Assembly: GCA_963731455.1 (NCBI GenBank) | Contig: CAVSVI010000005.1 | Coordinates: forward strand, 498,713 to 530,712 | DNA: 32,000 nt | Direction of reading: 5' to 3' | Origin: an uncultured Actinomycetota bacterium | GTDB lineage: Bacteria; Actinomycetota; Actinomycetes; Mycobacteriales; Pseudonocardiaceae | In this document: piece by piece, positions 24,539-32,000 of the stretch | How positions within the stretch are numbered: position 1 is the stretch's first letter | Layout of the letters: each line of letters starts with the position of its first letter | Made by a program: the position numbers and the translations under genes | Notes under the pieces: model-generated | The model's database searches: none | What the model saw: the letters and a program-made list of their open reading frames with translations, nothing else | Told to the model about the DNA's origin: nothing

Positions 24539-25537
24539 TCAGGCCTCGACTCCCAGTCCGGGCAGGACGCCGTTGTCGGCTTCGCTGGGCAGGAAGTAGT
24601 CCGGCTTGGCGTCGACGAGTGCTCGCGCTCCGGGGTCCGGGAAGCCGGCCATGGCCGAGCGCACCGAGGTGCTCGGCGGGCCCGCGGTGCGCCACTGGTC
24701 GGACAGCTCCGGGGTGCGGCGCCAGGTGCGGCACAGCCACGAGTCCTCGTCGACCTGGATGACCTCGGAGGTGTACTCGCAGACCAGCTGGGCCGGGTCG
24801 GTGTAGTAGGAGAAGGTGTTGTCGCCCGGCCCGTGCCGGCCCGGGCCCCACTGCGGGGAGATGCCGTGCACCTTGAGGCTGCCGATCCCGCGCATGAAGT
24901 GATCCACCGAGGTCATCTCGTAGGCCACGTGGTTCACCGATGTCCACGGGGCTTGGTTGAAGGCGATGACGTGGTGTTCCGGGTTGCAGCGCAGGAACGA
25001 CATCTGATGCTCCGACCAGTCGGAGACCCGCATCCCGAGGACCTGGGTGTAGAAGGCGGTGGCCCGGTCGATGTCGACCGTGTTCAGCACGACGTGGGCC
25101 AGCCTGCGCGGCAGTGCGGGATAGCCCTGGTCGTCGTGTCGGACCACCGCGTGCACCTCCGCGGCCAGCTCGACGATCCGACCCTCGGGATCGACGAGCG
25201 CCAGGCGGTAACCCCCCGCCGCGTCGTCGGTACGGCCCGGCTCGCGCAGCAGCGGAATCCCCCGGTGCTCCAGCTCGCGCGCCGCCTCGTCGACCTCCCG
25301 CGGGGTGGCCACCGAGAAGGTGATGCCGCCGAGGGAATTCTGCGGGGAAGCCTGCAGCTTGAGGATGTGGTGCTCCTCGCCGGTGCCGCGCAGCCAGAAT
25401 CGCTCCGTGTCGGACTCGCTGAGCCCCAGCCCCCACACTTCGTGGTAGAAGTCCTTGGAGGTGGCGGGGTCGGGCACCCCGAGGGTGACCGAGCGCAGGC
25501 CCCGCAGGCGGACGACGGGGCTGTCGGTGTAGTGCAT
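24539..25537 (-). CDS. Two-domain VOC-family extradiol ring-cleavage dioxygenase (type I, catechol 2,3-dioxygenase-like)
   Basis: LRSVTLGVPD...FYHEVWGL and LAHVVLNTVD...FYTQVLGMRVSD are duplicated VOC modules. It also has HHVIAF, VNHVAYE and PGRHGPGDNTFSYYTDP. The start at ATG 25537 (MHYTDSPV) is inside track ORF 24539..26122. Confidence 0.8.
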   Translation of the reverse strand: MHYTDSPVVRLRGLRSVTLGVPDPATSKDFYHEVWGLGLSESDTERFWLRGTGEEHHILKLQASPQNSLGGITFSVATPREVDEAARELEHRGIPLLREPGRTDDAAGGYRLALVDPEGRIVELAAEVHAVVRHDDQGYPALPRRLAHVVLNTVDIDRATAFYTQVLGMRVSDWSEHQMSFLRCNPEHHVIAFNQAPWTSVNHVAYEMTSVDHFMRGIGSLKVHGISPQWGPGRHGPGDNTFSYYTDPAQLVCEYTSEVIQVDEDSWLCRTWRRTPELSDQWRTAGPPSTSVRSAMAGFPDPGARALVDAKPDYFLPSEADNGVLPGLGVEA

Positions 25538-25572
25538 CGCTGACTCCAGTTCCGGGCGCTGGGTGGGGCTCG

Positions 25573-26544
25573 TCAGAGGTCGAGGACGAGTTCGCGGCCG
25601 CGGCAACGCGAGACGCAGACCATCATGGTTCCGGCGGCCTCGTGCTCCTCGGGCGTGAGCAGGAAGTCGCGGTGATCGACATCCCCGCAAAGGACCTTTG
25701 TCTCGCACGTTCCGCAGATGCCCTCGGTGCAGGACGAGTCGACCGGCACGCCCGCGTCCTCGAGGGCCTCGAGCACGCTCTGCTCGGCCGAGACCGGGAC
25801 CCGTTCGCCGGTGGAGCCCACCACGACGTCGAAAGCCTCGTCGGTCTCGTCCGGCGACGGCTCCCGCTCGGGCGCGCTGAACCGCTCGAGCCGCAGCGTC
25901 GCCGGGTCCGTCATGCCCGCGGCGACGGCGTCCATCATCGCGGTCGGGCCGCAGCAGTACACCAGCGTGCGGGGGTCCTGGCTGCCCAGCATGGCCGCGA
26001 AGTCCGGGTAGCGCCCGTTCTCCTCGTCGACGTGGACGTGGACTCGCTGGCGGGGCAGCTGCTCCACCTCGGGCAGGAATGCCATCGTCTGACGGCTCCG
26101 GCCGGTGTAGAGCAACGCCCACTCCGCGCCGCGGGCCTGCAGCTCTCGTGCCATCGTGATGATCGGGGTGATGCCGATCCCGCCGGCCACGAGAAGATGC
26201 TGGGGCGCCTCCTCCAGCCGGAAGGCGTTGCGGGGCCCGTCCACGCTGACGTGGGCGCCGACAGGCAACCCATCATGCACACACGAGCTGCCGCCGCGCG
26301 ACTCCGAGGTGCGCAGCACCGCCACGGTCCATGACGTGGAGTCCGACGGATCCGAACACAGCGAGTACTCGCGGACCAGGCCGTTCGGCAGGTGCAGGGC
26401 GATGTGCGCCCCGGGCCTCCAGGCAGGCAGCGAGTGCCCGGCCGGGTCGACGAGCGTCACGCTGGTGATGCCCTCGGCCTCCCAGGTCTTCTGCTGGACG
26501 CGCAGCACTCGCTGGACGGCCTCGGCCGCAAGGTTCTGCTCCAC
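25573..26544 (-). CDS. Phthalate-dioxygenase-reductase-type oxidoreductase (FMN/NAD(P)-binding FNR module plus C-terminal plant-type [2Fe-2S] ferredoxin)
   Basis: REYSLCS flavin motif, LLVAGGIGITPI NAD motif, and C-terminal CTEGICGTCE...C cluster motif. GTG at 26544 follows GAGGAAG. Confidence 0.8.
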   Translation of the reverse strand: MEQNLAAEAVQRVLRVQQKTWEAEGITSVTLVDPAGHSLPAWRPGAHIALHLPNGLVREYSLCSDPSDSTSWTVAVLRTSESRGGSSCVHDGLPVGAHVSVDGPRNAFRLEEAPQHLLVAGGIGITPIITMARELQARGAEWALLYTGRSRQTMAFLPEVEQLPRQRVHVHVDEENGRYPDFAAMLGSQDPRTLVYCCGPTAMMDAVAAGMTDPATLRLERFSAPEREPSPDETDEAFDVVVGSTGERVPVSAEQSVLEALEDAGVPVDSSCTEGICGTCETKVLCGDVDHRDFLLTPEEHEAAGTMMVCVSRCRGRELVLDL

Positions 26545-26585
26545 TGTTGCTTCCTCAAATCCGCGGTGGCACTTCGGCAGGCGCT

Positions 26586-27113
26586 TCAGCGGGTGACGCC
26601 GTACATCTCCGACGACGGCGGGTAGGTCGGCAGCTGCGGCTTCGACGCTCCGATGATCACGCACATCAGGGCGTCGGTGTCGCCGACGTTGCGCAGCGAG
26701 CGGGGGACCCCGGCCGGGACGCGGATGAGGTCGCGGTACCCCAGCACCCGGGTGGCCTTCTTGGTGCCGTCCTCGACGTCATGCACGGCGACCTCGAGCT
26801 GACCCTCGAGGACGTAGAAGACCTCCTCGACATCGGGGTGGGTGTGCTCGGGCCCGACGGCACCCGCGGGCAGGCGCATGTTGGAGAACGTGAAGTGCTC
26901 GGCCTGCAGGGTGCGGGAGTCGCCGGCGTGGTCCCCGGTGGCGCCGGAGCCGATGTAGCGGATCTGCGCGCGCTTGAAGCGGTCGCCGCCCTTGGCGGCC
27001 TGGAAGCCGAGGGTGTCCCAGTCCTCGTAGCGGCTCCCCGCGGTGGCCGTGCACGAGTCGATCAAGGCCTCCAGGTCGGTGGCCTGCGGGGTCGTCGCGG
27101 TCTGCTCGCTCAT
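26586..27113 (-). CDS. Cupin-domain protein (metal-binding cupin_2 type), function unknown
   Basis: GPEHTHPDVEEVFYVLEGQLEV matches cupin motif 1 (HxH...E...G), and a later VPAGVPRSLRN region follows. 175 aa. Confidence 0.7.
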   Translation of the reverse strand: MSEQTATTPQATDLEALIDSCTATAGSRYEDWDTLGFQAAKGGDRFKRAQIRYIGSGATGDHAGDSRTLQAEHFTFSNMRLPAGAVGPEHTHPDVEEVFYVLEGQLEVAVHDVEDGTKKATRVLGYRDLIRVPAGVPRSLRNVGDTDALMCVIIGASKPQLPTYPPSSEMYGVTR

Positions 27114-27514
27114 TGCTCTGTTCCTCTCTGGTGTGCGGTGGCGATGTGTCGGTGCCCGCCGTGCGCGATCGCCTCGATCTCGACGGTGGCGCCGTAGGGC
27201 AGGCCCGCCACCTCGACGAAGCTGCGGGCCGGTCGGGGGGCGGCGAAGACCCGCTCGTAGTGGGTGTTGGCCTCGTCGCGCAGGCTGACGTCGGTGACGA
27301 AATACGTCGTCTTGACCACGTCGGACAATTCCATGCCGACGGTGGACAACCGTTCGCTCAGCCGCTCCATCGCGGCGGAGATCGCCTCGGTGCGACCGGG
27401 CACGGCGCGACCCTCGGAGTCCACCGACAGGGCGCCTGAAACGAACGCGAAATCACCCACGGCGTAGGCGGGGCTGTAGGGGTGAGCAGGGACCGAGGGA
27501 CTCGCGGCGCTCAT
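27110..27514 (-). CDS. RidA/YjgF/YER057c-family protein (enamine/imine deaminase type)
   Basis: YSPAYAVGDFAFVSGALSVD...VVKTTYFVTD...FAAPRPARSFVEVAGLPYGATVEIEAIA is the typical RidA pattern. ATGA overlaps occur at both ends (27511-27514 and 27110-27113). Confidence 0.8.
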   Translation of the reverse strand: MSAASPSVPAHPYSPAYAVGDFAFVSGALSVDSEGRAVPGRTEAISAAMERLSERLSTVGMELSDVVKTTYFVTDVSLRDEANTHYERVFAAPRPARSFVEVAGLPYGATVEIEAIAHGGHRHIATAHQRGTEQ

Positions 27515-29055
27515 CGATCGGTCCCCCGCGCCCACGGCAGCGGGCGGTCGCTCACGTCGACGTAGATGCTCTTCTGGTTCATGTAGGATCGAATGCCCTC
27601 CCGGCCCTTCTCGACACCGACCCCGCTTTCCTTCGTCCCGGCGAACGGGGTCGAGATACTGAACTGCTTGTAGGTGTTGATCCATACGGTGCCGGCGTTG
27701 ACGGCTCGCGCGATCCGCCACGCCTGGGAGAAGTCGCGCGTCCAGATCCCGGCCGCCAGGCCGTAGACGGTGTCGTTGGCCTCGGCGACCAGGTCGTCCT
27801 CGTCGTCGAAGGGGATCAGAACCGCAACCGGCCCGAATATCTCTTCCTGGGCGATGCGGTCGCTGTTGGCGACACCGCTCAGAAGTGTCGGCAGGTAGTA
27901 GGCGCCGTCACGTCGCCGCTCGTCGTCGGGGATCGCGCCGCCGCTGAGCACACGAGCTCCGGCGGCGACTGCGTCGTCGACCATCGCGGCGACTCCGTCG
28001 CGATGCTCATGGGTGATCATCGGGCCGACCTGGGTGCCCGGCTCGGAGCCCGGACCGACCACCAGTCGCTCGGTGACGGCGACCAGGCGCGCGGTGAAGT
28101 TCTCCCAGACGGCGCGGTGGACGAAGATCCGGGAGCCGGCGATGCAGCTCTGGCCGGACGAGGAGAAGATCCCGAAGGCGACTCCCGCGACGGCCAGGTC
28201 GAGGTCGGCGTCGGGGAAGACGATGGTCGGGGACTTCCCGCCGAGCTCCAGAGTGACCGGCATGACCTTTCGCGCGGCGAGCTCGCCCAGCCGTTTGCCG
28301 GTCCTCGTGCCTCCGGTGAAACTGACCTTGCTCACCTGCGGATGGGTGACCAGTGCTTCACCGACGACACGACCCGGTCCCGGAAGCACCGAGAGCAGAC
28401 CCGCCGGCAGACCGGCCTGCTCGGCGAGCCGAGCCAGGTACAACGTGACCCAGGGAGCCCACACGGGTGGCTTGGCGACCACGGCGTTACCCGCAGCCAG
28501 CGCAGGCGCGATCTTCTGCGCGTCGCTGGCGATCGGCGAGTTCCACGGGGTGATCGCGGCGACGAGACCCATGGGCTCCCAGGTGGCGAGCGTCAGGTAC
28601 GGCCCGCGCGGCGGGGTGAGGTCCCCGGTCATCGTCTCGAGCGCCGCGGCGACATAGCGAAAGGTGCCGGCGGCGCTGCGGCACAACGCCGCCGTCTCGG
28701 CGCGGGTCTTGCCGGTGTCGAGGGTCTGCAGGGCCGACACGGTCGCGACCTCGCGCTCGAGCGCCTCCCCGATGCGGTAGAGCACGCGAGCGCGCTCGTG
28801 CGGCAGCATCTGCGCCCAGCCGCAGTCGGCCGCGGCCTGAAGGCCACCGGCTACCGCGCGGTCGACCTCGCTCGCAGTGGCTGCGTGCAGCGTGGCGAAG
28901 GAACGCCCGGTCGCGGGGTCCACGGACTCGATCACGTCGCCGGTGGCGCGCTCCCACCGTCCGGCCACCGGGATCTCGTCGCGCAGGAACGGCCGCAAAT
29001 CCATCCCGGCCGACGTCGCCCGTTCCCGGGACAGTACGCCGGTGCGGTCGTTCAT
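27511..29055 (-). CDS. NAD(P)-dependent aldehyde dehydrogenase; first gene of the operon
   Basis: TLELGGKSP, the catalytic Cys context SSSGQSCIAGSR and EEIFGPV. ATG at 29055 (MNDRTG...) follows AAGGAGA with a 5-nt spacer. Confidence 0.85.
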   Translation of the reverse strand: MNDRTGVLSRERATSAGMDLRPFLRDEIPVAGRWERATGDVIESVDPATGRSFATLHAATASEVDRAVAGGLQAAADCGWAQMLPHERARVLYRIGEALEREVATVSALQTLDTGKTRAETAALCRSAAGTFRYVAAALETMTGDLTPPRGPYLTLATWEPMGLVAAITPWNSPIASDAQKIAPALAAGNAVVAKPPVWAPWVTLYLARLAEQAGLPAGLLSVLPGPGRVVGEALVTHPQVSKVSFTGGTRTGKRLGELAARKVMPVTLELGGKSPTIVFPDADLDLAVAGVAFGIFSSSGQSCIAGSRIFVHRAVWENFTARLVAVTERLVVGPGSEPGTQVGPMITHEHRDGVAAMVDDAVAAGARVLSGGAIPDDERRRDGAYYLPTLLSGVANSDRIAQEEIFGPVAVLIPFDDEDDLVAEANDTVYGLAAGIWTRDFSQAWRIARAVNAGTVWINTYKQFSISTPFAGTKESGVGVEKGREGIRSYMNQKSIYVDVSDRPLPWARGTDR

Positions 29056-29269
29056 CGGGGTTCTCCTTCGATGGGGCGGTGGGCGCACAGCAACGGGCCA
29101 GGGGTCGGCGCCCAGGGGCAGGACGGACCTTCCGGGAAAGGGTCACCAGCTCGGCCGTGCCACGACGGCCTGGCTTCGGAAGGGGCTGGTTCCACCCCGG
29201 CTGCCGCTCGACCGGCTCGAGAGCCGACCGGGTCGTTGCAAGCATCGTGACCGCGGGACCGGGCGTCCG

Positions 29270-29365
29270 TCAATAGCTAAGCAGCAAGATTCTTTTGCGC
29301 GCTCGCTCGGGAGATAAGCAGCTCAACGGCGGGAACTCGATCACAGCTATCTTTGCGCTAAGGCT
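29270..29365. promoter_or_regulatory. AT-richer divergent control region with short repeated motifs
   Basis: TAAGCAGC at 29277-29284 and 29314-29321. TCTTTTGCGC at 29291-29300 and TCTTTGCGC at 29350-29358. GCTAAG at 29276-29281 and 29357-29362. The region lies between the divergent starts at 29055 (-) and 29470 (+). Confidence 0.4.
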
Positions 29366-29469
29366 TGTGACCACCGTAGTGCGACGCTACCGTGACCGCC
29401 GAACTCACAGGCCGAGGAGGGCGTCGTGGGCAGACATCGACAGTTCGTAGGCCGGGGCGGAGTGCGCGC

Positions 29470-30635
29470 ATGAACGGGGCGGGTCCGCTGGTCGGCATCG
29501 TCGGCGGCGGGATCGCCGGTCTCTCCGCGGCGATCGCGCTGCGCGCCCAGGGCTGTGGCGTCCTCGTGGTCGAGCAGGCTCGAGGTTTCGCCCGAGTGGG
29601 CGCGGACATCAACCTGACCCCGAACGCCGTGCGCGCGCTGGACGGGCTCGGCGTCGGCCCGCAGTTGCGTGAGGCCGCCGCGCGGCCGACCCATCGAATC
29701 AGCCGCACCTGGGACACCGGCGAAGAGACGTCCCGGCTGGAGATGGCCCGCGCGGCCGAGCAGCACTACGGCGCCCCGCAGCTGACGATGCACCGGGCGG
29801 ACCTGCTGGCCGTGCTGGCCGGCGCCCTGCCCGACGAGATCGTCCAGCTGGGCCGGCGGCTGACCGGTGTGCGGCCCCGGGGCTCCCGGACCGTGCTGGA
29901 GTTCGCCGACGGTCCCGAGGCGAGCGTCGATGTACTGGTCGGCGCCGATGGCATCCACTCGACGGTGCGCACCTCGCTGTTCGGCCCCGAGCACCCCGAT
30001 TTCACCGGAGTGGTCGCCTACCGCGCGGTGGTGCCGGCCGCTCGGTTGTCGGTGCCCGACATGGACCCTTCACCAAGTGGTGGGGCCCGGACCCCGAGAC
30101 ACAGATCGTGACGTTCCCCCTCAACCGGGGCAAGGACATCTTCGTCTTCGCGACGCGACCGCGCCCCGACTGGCGAGAGGAGTCCTGGACCGCTCCGGGC
30201 GACGTGGCTGAGCTTCGGCATGCCTACCGCGACTTCCATCCCGACGCCCGGGCGCTGCTCGACGCCTGCGACGAGGTCATGGCCTCGGCGCTGTACGTCC
30301 GCGACCCGCTCACCCGCTGGTCGATGGGCAACCGCACGCTGCTCGGCGACGCCTGCCACCCGATGATGCCGTTCATGGCCCAAGGGGCGGCGATGGCCAT
30401 CGAGGACGCCGTCGTGCTCGCACGCGCCGTCGCCGGCGCCCCGGACGACGTCGCGGAGGCCTTGGCGACCTATGAGTCCGTCCGACGGCCGCGGACCGCC
30501 CGCGTCCAGATCGCCTCTCGCGGCAACGACTGGCTGCGCGACTCGGGAACCGGCGCATGGGTCTACGGCTACGACGCCTCGTCGGTACCGATGACCAGCG
30601 CACCGGTGCCGGCCGGACCGCTCCCGACCCCCTGA
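29470..30635 (+). pseudogene. FAD-dependent aromatic monooxygenase (salicylate / 3-hydroxybenzoate hydroxylase type) interrupted by a 1-nt frameshift near 30055-30065
   Basis: N-terminal VGIVGGGIAGL (GxGxxG) and GADGIHS are in frame 1, which stops at 30111. The sequence FTKWWGPDPETQIVTFPLNRG...LLGDACHPMMPFMAQGAAMAIEDA continues in another frame. The shift falls at GACCCTTCACC, where one more C would restore D-P-F-T-K. Confidence 0.7.
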
Positions 30636-30672
30636 ACACCACTCGATCACCGCCGACCGAAAGAGAGAGATC

Positions 30673-32000
30673 ATGACCGAACAGACGGAACCACCACGGT
30701 CGTCGGTGGTCGACACCATCTCGGCCCGACTCGAACGGCTCCCGAGCTCGCGCTGGCAAGGAAACATCCGCACCCTTCTCGGTACGGTGACCTTCTTCGA
30801 AGGGTTCGACCAGCTCCTGATCGCCTACACCCTGCCCTTGATCAAGTCCGAGTGGCATCTCGGGCCGGCGGCGCTGACCCTGGCCGTCACCACCAGCTCG
30901 GTCGGCATGCTGCTCGGGGCACCACTCGGCGGGGTCCTCGCCGACCGGTACGGGCGGGTCCGCGTCGTGGTGGTGGCGATGCTGCTGACCGCGCTGTCCA
31001 GCTTGCTGCTCATGGTGAGCCCGAACTTCGCGATCTTCGCGGTGTTCCGGTTCATCCAGGGGCTGGGGATCGGTGCCGAGGTCCCCGTCGCGGCCGCGTT
31101 CGTCAGCGAGATCTCTCGGGCGAAGGGCCGCGGCAAGTTCGTGCTGCTCTACGAGCTGGCGTTTCCGGCGGGGCTCACCGCGGCCGCCCTGGTGGCCGCG
31201 GTGGTCGTTCCGCACTTCGGTTGGCGGGCGCTCTACCTGATCGGTGCGGTTCCGGCGGTGCTGGCGTTCGCGGTGCGCCGGTCGGTGCCGGAGTCGCCTC
31301 GGTGGTTGGCGGCCCGCGGCGAGCACGAACGCGCCGAGCAGGCGATGGCCTGGATCGAACGCAACGTCACCGCGGCGGCTCGCCGGCCGCTGCCCGAGCC
31401 GACCGTCCCGGCTGCCGCGGGCGTCCAAGCGCCAGCCGCTTCCCGTGGCCGCGTGCGAGAGCTGGTCGGGCGCCACTACGGTCGCCGCACCGCGATCGTG
31501 TCGGTGCTCTGGTTCGGCGGCTACTTCGTCAACTACGGCATCACCGCCTGGCTGCCGACGATCTACACCTCCCTGTACCACGTACCGCTGGGGACCGCGC
31601 TGAGGTACACGCTCTACACCAGCCTGGTCGGGTTCGGCGGCTGTGTGATCGTGATGCTGCTGGTGGACCGCATCGGTCGACGGCCGAGTCTGGTCGCCGG
31701 TCTCGGCATCGGCGGCGCGCTGCTGATCGCCCTCGCCCTGCTGGGCGCGCGCACCGGAGCCGCCGTCGCACTGTGGTCCACCCTGTCCGCGGCGTTCATC
31801 TTCGCGGTCAACATCTGCCTGTACCTCTACACCGCCGAGCTCTACCCGGCGCGCATCCGGGCGCTGGGGGTCAGCTTCGGCGGAGTCTGGAACCGGCTCG
31901 GCGTGATCCTCGGGCCGGTCGTGGTGGGCGCGCTGATCGCGGCCGGATCCGGTCCGGCGACGGTGTTCGCGGTGCTCGGCGGCGTCGGAATCGTCGCCGC
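30673..32000 (+). CDS. MFS transporter (metabolite/aromatic-acid:H+ symporter-like), 3' end beyond the window
   Basis: Manual translation: MTEQTEPPRSSVVDTISARLERLPSSRWQGNIRTLLGTVTFFEGFDQLLIAY...GGVLADRYGRVRV...ESPRWLAARGEHERAEQAM...YTAELYPARIRALG. These are typical MFS loop motifs. The frame is open to position 32000, and the ORF track omits it for lack of a stop. Confidence 0.8.
   Translation, partial: MTEQTEPPRSSVVDTISARLERLPSSRWQGNIRTLLGTVTFFEGFDQLLIAYTLPLIKSEWHLGPAALTLAVTTSSVGMLLGAPLGGVLADRYGRVRVVVVAMLLTALSSLLLMVSPNFAIFAVFRFIQGLGIGAEVPVAAAFVSEISRAKGRGKFVLLYELAFPAGLTAAALVAAVVVPHFGWRALYLIGAVPAVLAFAVRRSVPESPRWLAARGEHERAEQAMAWIERNVTAAARRPLPEPTVPAAAGVQAPAASRGRVRELVGRHYGRRTAIVSVLWFGGYFVNYGITAWLPTIYTSLYHVPLGTALRYTLYTSLVGFGGCVIVMLLVDRIGRRPSLVAGLGIGGALLIALALLGARTGAAVALWSTLSAAFIFAVNICLYLYTAELYPARIRALGVSFGGVWNRLGVILGPVVVGALIAAGSGPATVFAVLGGVGIVA

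Noticed and set aside
26586-27113. The cupin as a 3-hydroxyanthranilate 3,4-dioxygenase, which would fit the RidA plus aldehyde dehydrogenase (amino-aromatic) theme.
   Set aside because: Only the generic cupin metal motif is present. The sequence does not resemble the HAO/NbaC pattern I recall, so the call stays as a cupin of unknown function.
1-32000. CRISPR arrays, rRNA or tRNA genes, and long tandem repeats.
   Set aside because: Visual scanning of the intergenic regions showed no regularly spaced direct repeats, no cloverleaf-compatible sequences and no rRNA-like conserved blocks.

Overview
High-GC actinobacterial window with a mosaic, accessory character; I recognised about 33 intact or partial protein-coding genes plus three frameshifted or decayed ones. 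Many long ORFs in the supplied track are out-of-frame or antisense GC artefacts. The track also omits the two edge-truncated genes.

Left to right:
1. A partial IS1634-family transposase runs off the left edge and abuts an HtrA-like protease whose PDZ domain looks cut short.
2. A plasmid-style parA plus ribbon-helix-helix cassette is flanked on both sides by clusters of GTGCAC palindromes. It is followed by an orphan STAS protein, a lipoprotein and a patatin-like phospholipase.
3. A DUF574-type methyltransferase is followed by a decayed tandem paralog.
4. An envelope group holds two lipoproteins that share an almost identical lipobox and linker, plus a membrane-anchored class-A beta-lactamase-fold protein.
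5. A cobalt-type nitrile-hydratase-family operon (beta, alpha, accessory, then AIM24) has an alpha subunit that looks thiocyanate-hydrolase-like.
6. A 56-bp inverted-repeat pair (52/56 identical) brackets the roughly 6 kb holding these two convergent operons. Each copy sits just upstream of the operon it faces.
7. A tightly coupled 12-gene minus-strand catabolic operon of unknown substrate contains aldehyde dehydrogenase, RidA, cupin, reductase, extradiol dioxygenase, hydrolase, two SDRs, a ThDP enzyme, a degenerate alpha/beta-fold protein, a 72-aa protein and a Rieske oxygenase. Diverging from it are a frameshifted FAD monooxygenase and a partial MFS transporter.

No rRNA, tRNA or CRISPR array was seen. 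All calls rest on reading motifs in the translations and the DNA; no database search was possible.
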